A DNA stretch of 64,000 nucleotides from Verrucomicrobiota bacterium (GCA_038209745.1 JBBQXJ010000008.1:16298-80297); one strand, 5' to 3'; positions 1 to 15,548 are shown, counted from the stretch's first letter. Translations and numbers: made by a program. Notes: generated by a model from the sequence alone, not told the origin.

Positions 1-1748
1 CCCGTCACGGTCACCTGCCCCGTCAACGTCCCGCTGGCGTCCTGGTTGATCACCAGCAGCGAGAGCGCTCCGTTCGTCCGCCGGACGGCATGGGCGGAGA
101 GCAATTCAAAACCCGTGTCCGCCGCCACGACCGTGTCGCCACCCCGGGCGAATTCGGAGAGCAGCTTGAAGGCATAGAACTGCGGGTGCCGCGTGGTCGC
201 CCCGTTCAAGATGCCGTAGTCGCCGTAGAACTGGCCGCCGCTGGAGCGCCAGCCGTAGAGCGAAGGATCCATGTTGTTCGAGGTGTCGGTGCCGTTCCGC
301 AGATCCCACCAGACCAACGCGTTCATTTCCGTGCGCGCCAAACGGCCGAAGCTCTCGCCGAGATACAGCGCATTGACCAGGCTGACGGACTGCTTGCCCG
401 GTTTGCTGGAGACGGAGTTGTTCTCGGTGCAGACGAGCTCGATGTTCGTGTGCCCGGCGCCGAAGTAGTCGGCCAGCATCTGCCGCATCCCGGCGACGTC
501 GCGCTCCCAGTTGCGCGCGGTCTGGAGCAGGAACGGATCGCTCTCTCCGCCGCCGTTCTGCGGATAGTAGTGGTAGACGGCGAAGTCGGGCGTGACCCCG
601 AGCTGCTTGAGGGTGGAGAGCAGGACGGGCGTCCAGCCGTTGTGCTGCTGGCCGGTGCGTGGATTGGTGGCGGGATGGTTGGTGTAGCCGTTCACGAAGC
701 TGTCCTCGCCGTCCACGATGACCACGCCGACCTTGATCGTCGGATCGGCGGCCTTCATCTGCGCGAGGTAGTCCTTGGCCCGATTGGCATAGGTCCAGGC
801 ATCGTGTGGGCGGGCGTTGGTATCGGCTTCCCAAGTGCCGTAGTTCTCGTTGCCGATCTCCCAATACTTGAAGGCGAACTGATTGGTGACGTTGGAGTGG
901 CGCACCCAGCCGGCGGCTTCCTCCGGCGTGCCGTTGCCGTAGTTCGCCGTGATGAAGACCTGCGCGCCGAGGTTGGTGGCGTTGCGGGCGAACTTGGCGA
1001 AGGACGTGGCCCACTCCCCGGAGTTGTTCGCGCTTTTGTTGCTGGACCAATGGTATTCGTCGGAGGCCGATCCTCCCGGAAACCGCAGCGTGGTCAGGCC
1101 CATCTCCGTGATCGCCGACCGGGTGGCGGCGGAGTCGAAGTTGCCGTCCCAGATGGCGGTGTTCACCCCGAACCAACGCGCGTCCACCTTCCGGATCGGC
1201 TTCGACGCGTCCACCGTCACGGGCACCGCTGCGGGAAACGGCTTCGCCACCAGTTCGATGTCGTCCACGTAGAAGGTCGGTTTGGCCGAGCCGACACGGT
1301 CCTGGATCCAGAAGCCGTTCGCGTTCGTCGCGTTCGCCAGTCCGATGCTGGAAAGCGGGACGATGAATTCTTTCCAAGTATTGGCCGGCAAGGTCCCGAG
1401 GCTGAACGCCGTCTTCTCCGATCCACCGACAACGCCCCGCACCTGGATCTGCTGCCCGCCATTGGTTCCTCCATGGATCCAGAAACGCAGGCTCTGGAAG
1501 CGCGAAACGTCGAAGTCGTTCCGGCGGACGAAGAGCGCCTGCCAGGCTTGGCCCATCGTCACGCTGATCGCGTGGCTTCCACTGTGCGCGGTGGCGGTGC
1601 TGGCGGCGTCGACCGTGGCCCAGCTCCAGTTCTGGAAGCCGTTCACAAGGTTCTCGCTGTAGACGAGCAGCGGTGCCTGGGCGCGAATCGTCGGGGCGAC
1701 AACCAGCAGGGCACTCGCGAAAAGGAGGGCGATTTTGAAACGGAACAT
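1..1748 (-). CDS. Secreted clan-A glycoside hydrolase (alpha-L-arabinofuranosidase/GH44/GH51-like) with N-terminal carbohydrate-binding-like domain; 3' end runs off the window
   Basis: Absent from the ORF track because it has no stop in the window. Read by hand from ATG 1748: MFRFKIALLFASALLVVAPTIRAQ (signal peptide), then LRFPGGSASDEYHW, KYWEIGNENYG (clan-A NE acid/base) and IELVCTENN (nucleophile-like E). Confidence 0.8.
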   Translation of the reverse strand, partial: MFRFKIALLFASALLVVAPTIRAQAPLLVYSENLVNGFQNWSWATVDAASTATAHSGSHAISVTMGQAWQALFVRRNDFDVSRFQSLRFWIHGGTNGGQQIQVRGVVGGSEKTAFSLGTLPANTWKEFIVPLSSIGLANATNANGFWIQDRVGSAKPTFYVDDIELVAKPFPAAVPVTVDASKPIRKVDARWFGVNTAIWDGNFDSAATRSAITEMGLTTLRFPGGSASDEYHWSSNKSANNSGEWATSFAKFARNATNLGAQVFITANYGNGTPEEAAGWVRHSNVTNQFAFKYWEIGNENYGTWEADTNARPHDAWTYANRAKDYLAQMKAADPTIKVGVVIVDGEDSFVNGYTNHPATNPRTGQQHNGWTPVLLSTLKQLGVTPDFAVYHYYPQNGGGESDPFLLQTARNWERDVAGMRQMLADYFGAGHTNIELVCTENNSVSSKPGKQSVSLVNALYLGESFGRLARTEMNALVWWDLRNGTDTSNNMDPSLYGWRSSGGQFYGDYGILNGATTRHPQFYAFKLLSEFARGGDTVVAADTGFELLSAHAVRRTNGALSLLVINQDASGTLTGQVTVT

Positions 1749-1888
1749 GACGATGGATCGTGAAAAGGTAGGGAAGAAATACGCCCGATCCGCCCGTTCG
1801 GCTATTCCCGCAAACTGACGACGCGCCTTCTCCGTGGCGGCGATTGGCCGTTCGCCGCGACACGGCCGAACCCCGGCCGGTGCCCTGC

Positions 1889-1917
1889 TTGACTTGGATT
1901 TTCGCGAACCTCATTTT
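1889..1917 (+). promoter_or_regulatory. Candidate sigma70 promoter for acnA
   Basis: TTGACT-N17-CATTTT, ending 38 nt before the acnA ATG. Confidence 0.35.
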
Positions 1918-1955
1918 CGAAAGGCTGTTTTGACGTCAGCAACACCCAGATTTTC

Positions 1956-4895
<2,940 letters not shown>

Positions 4896-4984
4896 GCCAA
4901 AGATCGTGGGCGCTTCCGCACCGCCAGCTCTCACAGCCGTTGGTTCAACTTTTTGGGAGCAGTCCAAACGAACCGAAACCCAAT

Positions 4985-5446
4985 TCAATGCCGGAGCTCC
5001 GGGAAGTGGACTTCCGCGCACTTCGGACAAAACGTGTGGGTGAACCGGGCGGGAGTCCGGGCGCCGATGTAGGATTCGATCCGGGACCATTCCCCTCCGT
5101 CATCCCGAACGTCTTTGCAGAAGGCGCAGATCGACAGAAAGCCTTCCAGGGTTTTGACCCGCTCCCGGAGCAGCCGAGTCTGACACGAAGCGCGATTGAC
5201 CAGAAACGCGACGATCAGGACAACCATCGCGAAAATCACCGAATTGATCCCGGCAATCTCCAAGGCCGTTTCGTTTGCCCAAAAGAAATGAAATCCGAAA
5301 TGGACCAGGTTGAGCCCGAACGCCAGTCCCCAGGCCTCGGCCACTGATCGATACCAGGCACTCAGGACAACCGGCAGGATCAGCAGGATCGGGACCTGGA
5401 GATGGGGGCCGGACGCGAAGTCCACGATCAAACTGGCAATCGCCAC
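4985..5446 (-). CDS. Small membrane protein with ~4 hydrophobic helices and a C-terminal CxxC...H..CxxC domain of the type found after many response-regulator/sensor domains; probably 5'-truncated by an in-frame TGA (see findings)
   Basis: Hydrophobic N-terminal half. C-terminus LEGFLSICAFCKDVRDDGGEWSRIESYI...FTHTFCPKC matches the recurring LPICxxCKKIRDD..W..E.Y.....FSHGICP.C pattern. Confidence 0.75.
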   Translation of the reverse strand: MAIASLIVDFASGPHLQVPILLILPVVLSAWYRSVAEAWGLAFGLNLVHFGFHFFWANETALEIAGINSVIFAMVVLIVAFLVNRASCQTRLLRERVKTLEGFLSICAFCKDVRDDGGEWSRIESYIGARTPARFTHTFCPKCAEVHFPELRH

Positions 5447-5653
5447 GGCGCAGCAGGTCGCTCGAAGCGATCAGAGCGGCGAGGCAAACCCCTGGAGGCG
5501 TCGATCGATGAAATCAAAATCCGTTTTCATTTGCTTCCGAATCAGGCGCACCAAGAGAGCAATGAATGCGGACGTCGCATGGTCGTAAAATGGACGCTCC
5601 TGCGCTGGGTCATCAAGAGAACGCGTTTTGCAGTCTCGGCCTTGATTCATACA

Positions 5654-5670
5654 AGCTGCGACTGTGCCAA
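5654..5670 (-). promoter_or_regulatory. Candidate sigma54 (-24/-12) promoter
   Basis: Minus strand TTGGCACAGTCGCAGCT = GG-N10-GC with TTGGCAC; about 125 nt upstream of ATG 5530. Confidence 0.55.
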
Positions 5671-6036
5671 TGGTTTTTTGAATCAAGGTTGAAACGATCG
5701 CCCAGAAGATCGATCAGCAGACGCAAATTGAAGCCGCGCTCGAGCCGGGTAGAATGCCGGGCGCAAAATGGTCAACCAAACGGTGGAGCGACGCTCTTCC
5801 AGAAGATGGGCCCAGAAAAGGGGGAGGCTGAAAGGTCGAAGGGAGGCTCTTTCACCGGTGTCCGCTCAATGCGGGACCGAGAGCCTCCCCTCAACTGTTT
5901 GGTAACGATGGCTACAACCAAGGGAATGGAGTGCAGCCGGTGAAAAGCTTCCCGAGCCGCGAAATCGACTCAAGGGAAAAGTCCGCGAAAAAAACTGGCT
6001 ATCAGGAAGTTCCGAGGGGATTGGGTGCGGGAGAAA

Positions 6037-6114
6037 TGGTCGGGGCGGTGAGATTTGAACTCACGACCTCTTGCACCCGAAGCAAGCGCGCTAGCCAAAC
6101 TACGCTACGCCCCG
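6037..6114 (-). tRNA. tRNA-Pro(CGG)
   Basis: Reverse complement CGGGGCGTAGCGTAGTTTGGCTAGCGCG-CTTGC-TTCGGGT-GCAAG-AGGTCGTGAGTTCAAATCTCACCGCCCCG-ACCA. Cloverleaf, anticodon CGG, encoded CCA. Confidence 0.97.
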
Positions 6115-6220
6115 ACAAGGCGGAAAAACTGAACAGCGGGGACCCCGATTGCAATTCCATTTTTTGCAAACCTCAGGACCCGTTGTCCCTGACTCGCGAC
6201 CCAAAACAGGCCTCCGAGCG

Positions 6221-6715
6221 TCACACAACCGCCGGATCGTTCAAGACGGCGAAGGCCATCCGTTCCTGGGCCTGTTTCTCCGCGACGGCCCGCCGGAGCC
6301 GGTTCGCCTCGGTGGCGAAGGCTTCGCCCGGATGCAGACCGGCGCTGCGGAGAACGAACTCGGCCAAGCAGGAGGCGACCAGTGAAAAGTGGCGCCGTCG
6401 GAAGTTCCGGATCTCCCCGGCCGGAATTTCGGTCCCGCCTCCCAACCATCGAACCGACGGATTTTCGGCGGCCGCGAGCTGCACCTCCTCTGATCGGAGA
6501 CAGCCCCGGGCGTAGCAGTAGGACATCACGCTCAGAAGAATTCCGGCCCGTTCGCGATCCGGCTCCGCCACCCGGGACGGAAAAAGAGGTCGATCCAGAA
6601 ACTCCTGCGCCACGCTCGCGGCCAACGCCACGTTCCGCCCATCGGGCACCTCGAACGGCAGGCCCGGGTCATGGGCCGTGCGGTTCCGGGTTGGCATCGA
6701 GGCGGCGGCGTTCAT
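6221..6715 (-). CDS. Stand-alone DUF772-like (IS1182/IS5 transposase N-terminal helical domain) protein lacking a DDE domain; start uncertain
   Basis: LLSVMSYCYARGCLRSEEVQLAAAENPSVRWLGGGTEIPAGEIRNFRRRH resembles the LL..L.Y.Y..G..SSR.IE.......RWL.G...PD..TI..FRRRH pattern. Clean stop after ~165 aa. Confidence 0.65.
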   Translation of the reverse strand: MNAAASMPTRNRTAHDPGLPFEVPDGRNVALAASVAQEFLDRPLFPSRVAEPDRERAGILLSVMSYCYARGCLRSEEVQLAAAENPSVRWLGGGTEIPAGEIRNFRRRHFSLVASCLAEFVLRSAGLHPGEAFATEANRLRRAVAEKQAQERMAFAVLNDPAVV

Positions 6716-6819
6716 GGGCAATATCTTGGTTGGCAACTAGGACGATCGAGTGACAACCCGGCGACAAGCCCGGGAAAACTCGTGGATTCCAAACGTCCAT
6801 CGTCAGTCCATTGATCCAC

Positions 6820-6850
6820 TTGACGCGGCATTCATCCGGGCTGTTAAAAT
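6820..6850 (+). promoter_or_regulatory. Candidate extended -10 sigma70 promoter for metH
   Basis: TTGACG-N19-TAAAAT, with TG one base upstream of the -10 hexamer (TGnTAAAAT). Confidence 0.5.
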
Positions 6851-6897
6851 TCTTGGCGCCTCCCCTGAAAGCCATTCCCAAAACACCAAAGCCTACA

Positions 6898-6927
6898 CAT
6901 CATATCTACGCATCCTGATGCGATGAT
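6898..6927. promoter_or_regulatory. Palindromic candidate operator between the promoter and the metH start
   Basis: CATCATATCTA-CGCATC-CT-GATGCG-ATGAT; perfect 6+6 inverted repeat at 6909-6922. Confidence 0.45.
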
Positions 6928-6947
6928 TTTTATTCTAGCGCAAGCCT

Positions 6948-10904
<3,957 letters not shown>

Positions 10905-11097
10905 ACCTTCGCGGATCGAGTCCGGGAAGCAGGCACCCGACAAGCGGTTTAATCTTGTTGGGCCGCGCCCGGCGTCTCTAGCGTCCGCTCGTGGTTCCAT
11001 CTCCATGGTTTGAGGCCCGGCCCGACGCAGATGCAGTCTGCGGTGACAAGCTGCCTGCAACCTGGGGCACAGCAACAATCCGCCCGTAAGCAATCCC

Positions 11098-12849
11098 GTG
11101 CACACCGCCACCAAGAACCGTCTCGGACTCTGCGCGGCCCTCGCGCTTTTCTTAACCTCGAGCCAGCCGGGCGCGGCCCAAAACACCACGCCGCGCAGTC
11201 TGGACGAGTATCGCCGGCACGCCCTGACGCGGCCCGGAGACGCCGCTCGCGGCGCGGCGCTCTTCGCCGACGAGCAGCGTCTCGGCTGCGCCAAGTGCCA
11301 TTCGATCGACGGCACGGCGTCCAAAGCCGGTCCGGATCTATCCGCCGCCGGAGACGCCTTTGGCCGGTGGGATCTGGTCGAATCCGTGCTGCTGCCCTCC
11401 GCGAAGATCGCCCCCGGCTACGGCACGGTGACGGTCGAGACGAAGTCCGGCGAGACGATCCAGGGCATTCTCAAGCAGTCCATCGGAAGCGGCATCCAGT
11501 TGATGGGCGGTGACGGGAAGCTCGTGGCCATCGCCAAAGCCGACATCCTAAAACAGGAAGGCAGCGCCGTCTCGCTCATGCCGGAAGGTCTCCAGGCCGG
11601 TTTGTCGCTCCAGGAATTCACCGACCTCACGGAGTATCTGACCACGCTGAAACAACCGGCGAACGCGCTCATCAGCGATCACGGCATGCCGGCGCTGATT
11701 CCCGAACTGGCCAAGCCGATCGCCGTCCGACCTTTCCTTGACCAGCCTCTCACGATTCCAAAGTCCAAGATCCAGACCGGGCTCACCGCCATGCAGCAGG
11801 TGCCCGGAGTTCCCGACACCTTTCTCGTGCTCCATCAGAAAGGCTTCATCTGGCGGGTGAAGAAAACCGCGAACGGCGAAGAGAAGGCCATCTTCAGCGA
11901 TCTCACCCGCGAGGTGTTCAGCGACCGCGGTCCGAACGGTCTGCTCGACCTGGCGTTCCATCCGAAGTTCCGCGAAAACCGGAAGTATTATCTGAAGTAT
12001 CAGGTCTTCGAGGACGGCACCGTCGCCACCGTTCTGGAAGAGAAGGAATTCAACGCCGACTTCTCGGCGGATTCCGGTCGACCGGGCCGTCGCCTGATCA
12101 AGATCGTGAGCGTGGCCGAAGACCACAGCGGCGGCTGTCTGGAGTTTGGACCGGACGGCTTCCTCTACTTCGCGATGGGCGACACCGGTCCGCACAACGA
12201 TCCCAACGGCCACGCCCAGAACCTGCAGCTCCTGCTCGGCAAGATGATGCGGATCGACGTCGACCACCAAACCGAAGGCAAGGCCTACGCCATCCCGTCC
12301 GACAACCCGTTCGTGGGCCGCCCCGACGCACGGCCCGAGATCTGGGCCTACGGTCTCCGCAACCCGTGGCGCTTCTCCTTCGACCGCGTGACCGGCGACC
12401 TTTGGCTGGCGGATGTCGGCCAGGACCGCGTGGAGGAAGTGGACATCATCAAGCGCGGCGGAAACTACGGCTGGAACGTGTTCGAAGGGTATGAACCCTT
12501 CTCGAATCAATACCGGGTCGAGGGCCGGAAGTTCGTTTCGCCCGTGTTCGCCTACCGCCGGAAATACGGGAACTCGGTCACCGGCGGGCTGGTCTATCGC
12601 GGCGACAAGCAGTCGTCCTTCTACGGCGTGTATCTCTGCGGCGACTACACCTCGCGCCGCATCTTCGGCGTCACCCAGGAGAACGGCGTTCTTAAAACCG
12701 TCCACCAGATCGGCTCGCTCCCCCAAGGCCAAGGACTCGTCTCGTTCACCGCCGACGAGGCGGGCAATCTCTATGCGGTCGGCTACGAGGGCATGATCTT
12801 CAAGCTGGATTTCACCGGCTCGCGCTTCGACGAACTCAAAGCCGACTAA
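11098..12849 (+). CDS. Secreted PQQ-dependent sugar dehydrogenase-family beta-propeller fused to an N-terminal PVC-type c-type heme domain
   Basis: Signal peptide; GDAARGAALF...CAKCH...GPDLS...SLMPEGL heme domain; GLLDLAFHP, HSGGCLEFGPDGFLY, WAYGLRNPWRFSFD and GGNYGW motifs. Confidence 0.88.
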   Translation: MHTATKNRLGLCAALALFLTSSQPGAAQNTTPRSLDEYRRHALTRPGDAARGAALFADEQRLGCAKCHSIDGTASKAGPDLSAAGDAFGRWDLVESVLLPSAKIAPGYGTVTVETKSGETIQGILKQSIGSGIQLMGGDGKLVAIAKADILKQEGSAVSLMPEGLQAGLSLQEFTDLTEYLTTLKQPANALISDHGMPALIPELAKPIAVRPFLDQPLTIPKSKIQTGLTAMQQVPGVPDTFLVLHQKGFIWRVKKTANGEEKAIFSDLTREVFSDRGPNGLLDLAFHPKFRENRKYYLKYQVFEDGTVATVLEEKEFNADFSADSGRPGRRLIKIVSVAEDHSGGCLEFGPDGFLYFAMGDTGPHNDPNGHAQNLQLLLGKMMRIDVDHQTEGKAYAIPSDNPFVGRPDARPEIWAYGLRNPWRFSFDRVTGDLWLADVGQDRVEEVDIIKRGGNYGWNVFEGYEPFSNQYRVEGRKFVSPVFAYRRKYGNSVTGGLVYRGDKQSSFYGVYLCGDYTSRRIFGVTQENGVLKTVHQIGSLPQGQGLVSFTADEAGNLYAVGYEGMIFKLDFTGSRFDELKAD

Positions 12850-12863
12850 ACGTCCCGCGACTG

Positions 12864-13227
12864 CGGCGAGACAAGCTCCTGGGAGAGGATCGTCTTGTTC
12901 CGGCCGGCTCCGAAGACCCCGCTCCACAGGTTCCAGCCTTTGGAGCGAGGTCTTCGGAGCTGGGTCCTCATTTGGCGGCTTCGGACCGTTCTCCCGAGCT
13001 TGGACCCGGGCGGGTCCAGCTCTCTCCGCTCGGGAGTGCGCTTGGAGGCGGGAACGGGTTCGGCAACGCCATTGTCGCGCGGCAAGCGACCTGCGTTTGA
13101 ATGGCTACCCCACCTTGAAGATCGTTCGGAGATCGCGGCCGAGATTGAACCAGGATCTGCAAGGATTTCTGCCTGTTCGATGGCGTCCCATCTACTCGTG
13201 GTCCGCTTCCTCGGAGTTGTCTCGCCG
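12864..13227. other. Closed, multi-hairpin structured intergenic element (candidate ncRNA or MITE)
   Basis: Terminal imperfect inverted repeat 12864-12891 / 13200-13227. Internal long hairpins at 12904-12963 and 12991-13036. Confidence 0.5.
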
Positions 13228-13295
13228 GTTCCTGCAATTGCTCCTCCCGCCGACAAACCACTTTCGGAAAGACCACGCCAGTTCTTCTCCCCGGA

Positions 13296-15548
13296 TCACT
13301 TCTCGCGAGTCTTGACGGTGAAGCCGCGAGCATTGACGGGCACGCTGGTCCCATCGGAAAACCGAACGGTCCTGGCGCCATCGGTCAGGCTGTAGACGAC
13401 GTAGGAGAGTCGCGATCCACGACGGAAGACGACGGCCATCGGCTCGGTCCCGGTGATCGATGGATCGGGTGCGCCGAGACGTTCAAGATTCGTGATCCAG
13501 TGGCGGGTGTTCACCCACGAATTGCCGTCTTCGAGCCTCGTGTTCGAAGGCGCGGCATCAAGCAGGCGACGGGCATCCGCCGGATCGCTGAACGCGCGAT
13601 ACATCCAGACGAGGTCGGGCCAGTTGTCCCATTGATCCCCGCCGTGCTCGGCCACCAAGGCTGCGTAGTTCTTCGCCGCATAGCCGGGAAAATGCCCGAG
13701 GTAGAGCGAACCGCCGTGGATGGGCAGCCAGTTGATCCCGTGCACGAGCTGCGGATCGGCGGTGAACCAGGTGCCGTTCGCACCTTTGCCTCCCCAGATC
13801 ATGGTCACGACGGAGGGGGTGTAGTCGCGGGGATGGTTCTCGTTCCACACGTCGAACCAATACTCCTGGATGGCCTGCATCTCGGTCGTGTAGAGCCAGA
13901 CACCGAGGTCGCGGAGGCGGGTGTTGCCCGTGGCCTCGCCCCACAGGACCAGTCCCGACCATGCGTTCATGGCCTCGGAGGAAGATTCATTGTTGTTGCC
14001 GTCCGCAAACTGGGCGGGGCCACTGGCCCACGAATGCCCGGCGTAAGGATCGAAACACCGGAGAAACGGAAACAGCGGGTCGCTCCGCTCGGATGCGGCG
14101 ATGTCCCGGATCAAAAGTTCCACCATGCCGCCCCAGCGATCGGACCGGGCCCACTCCGGATCCTCCCGGGCGATCTCGGCGGCGGCCTTGATGAAGTAGC
14201 CGTAGTGGAAGTAGTGGTCGTTCAGCTCACGATCCGACCCGAAGCTCGCCGGATAGCCGATTAACGTGCCCCAGTTCCGATCATAGCCGAACCACGCGCC
14301 TGCTTTCGGTTTTCCGTTGGGGGCCTTGGCCGAGAACCAATCCTCCAAAACCCCGCGAACCCGCGCCCGCACGGCGGCCGTTTCGGGCAGCCCGTATTGC
14401 TCGGTGATGGGAAGGAGCGTCGCGAGCCGGCCCAACTGTTTGCCCACCCAGTAAGTGTCGCGCCCGTCGCCTCCGGGGCGGGCCAGATCGACGGCGAAAT
14501 CGCGGACCATCGTGTCCCGGTCCGTTCCGCCCACATCGGGCAGCGCCGGAAGAATCCCGGTGAACCGCGTCCGCGTGGCGAACGAAGAGCCGGCAGCCAG
14601 CTTCAGCGCCCCGCGCACGGAACGGTAGCCGAGCGGAAGCAGCGCGGTGCCGGTGTTTCTCCATTGGTGCGGATACAGGGCGAAGAGCGTTCCGCGCTCG
14701 TCGCCTTCGCGGGCCACGGTCTCAAAATCGAACCGGGTCGTCACCGCCGCCGAAGCCGGATCGTAGCTCCACGACACCTTGGTTCCGACCACGTGGGCGT
14801 GGGCGTGCCGCGCGAACAGTTCGAGCGTGGCAGTGGCGCCGTCAGGAAGCACGGCCACGCTGAAGTAACCCTTTCCCTTGGTGTCGCAGGAAAGCGTCCG
14901 CGTTCCGAGACCGCTCCAGGTCGAGCCCGACGGCGCGAACAGTCCGTAGCGCCGACCGTGGATGTTCACGCCGAGAGTCGGCGAATGGTCGTCACCGACC
15001 ATCACCGACGGGGCGGACCCGAAGGTCAGCCGCGGTTCCCCGCCCTGATAGACCGCATAGACGTAGGGTGAGCCGTGACCATAGGAGACGCGCAGCGCCG
15101 CGTCGTTCGTCGCGAATCGCAGATCCACGAACCAATCGCTGGATCCATCCACCAGCGGTCTCGGAAAATGGTCCACCGCCGAATGACCGAGGACGAAGTC
15201 TTCCTTTCCGCCCGCCATGGAACCGTAGATGGCCGCTTTGTCCGAACGGATCGAGGGCCCAGGATAGTAGATCCGCAGGCCCTCCGGCTCGGTCTTCACC
15301 GCCAAAGGATGGGGATACTGCGGAAAGGATTCACCCGGCCAGGCAGCGGACGACCACCAGTCGTTCGACGGCATCGGACCCCTGACTCTCTCCGTGCGGA
15401 GAATCGTCCCGGGAGGACCCTTCGCGCCCATGGGCAGGTCCCTCGTGTAGCTGCCGGCCCCAAGGTCCACTTGCTCCGCCTGGAGCAACCCCGTAAAGAC
15501 GACCAAAACCCAGAGTCCGCTGAAGAAGACCGATTTTGAAGGTTTCAC
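13296..15548 (-). CDS. Glycoside hydrolase family 81, endo-1,3-beta-glucanase
   Basis: PSNDWWSS, LNDHYFHYGYF, FDPYAGHSWASG, GNNNESSSEAMN (catalytic D/E/E region), HGINWLP. GTG start at 15548 overlaps the upstream stop (GTGA) and gives a signal peptide. Confidence 0.9.
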   Translation of the reverse strand: MKPSKSVFFSGLWVLVVFTGLLQAEQVDLGAGSYTRDLPMGAKGPPGTILRTERVRGPMPSNDWWSSAAWPGESFPQYPHPLAVKTEPEGLRIYYPGPSIRSDKAAIYGSMAGGKEDFVLGHSAVDHFPRPLVDGSSDWFVDLRFATNDAALRVSYGHGSPYVYAVYQGGEPRLTFGSAPSVMVGDDHSPTLGVNIHGRRYGLFAPSGSTWSGLGTRTLSCDTKGKGYFSVAVLPDGATATLELFARHAHAHVVGTKVSWSYDPASAAVTTRFDFETVAREGDERGTLFALYPHQWRNTGTALLPLGYRSVRGALKLAAGSSFATRTRFTGILPALPDVGGTDRDTMVRDFAVDLARPGGDGRDTYWVGKQLGRLATLLPITEQYGLPETAAVRARVRGVLEDWFSAKAPNGKPKAGAWFGYDRNWGTLIGYPASFGSDRELNDHYFHYGYFIKAAAEIAREDPEWARSDRWGGMVELLIRDIAASERSDPLFPFLRCFDPYAGHSWASGPAQFADGNNNESSSEAMNAWSGLVLWGEATGNTRLRDLGVWLYTTEMQAIQEYWFDVWNENHPRDYTPSVVTMIWGGKGANGTWFTADPQLVHGINWLPIHGGSLYLGHFPGYAAKNYAALVAEHGGDQWDNWPDLVWMYRAFSDPADARRLLDAAPSNTRLEDGNSWVNTRHWITNLERLGAPDPSITGTEPMAVVFRRGSRLSYVVYSLTDGARTVRFSDGTSVPVNARGFTVKTREK

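Noticed and set aside
90..1914. Long ORFs 90..1763 (+) and 106..1914 (-)
   Set aside because: Antisense and off-frame shadows of the glycoside hydrolase gene; no motifs, composition typical of high-GC shadow frames.
5458..5473. Selenocysteine or genetic-code reassignment at the in-frame TGA
   Set aside because: The hairpin is too short and close for a bacterial SECIS, the context is not a redox motif, and TGA is a normal stop in many genes here (metH, sucA, lpdA).
6740..6947. SAM or cobalamin riboswitch upstream of metH
   Set aside because: No aptamer consensus or expression-platform terminator recognised, and the leader is short.
12846..13395. ORFs of 136-166 aa across the structured intergenic element
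   Set aside because: No recognisable motifs or coding bias; the region is better explained by nucleic-acid structure.
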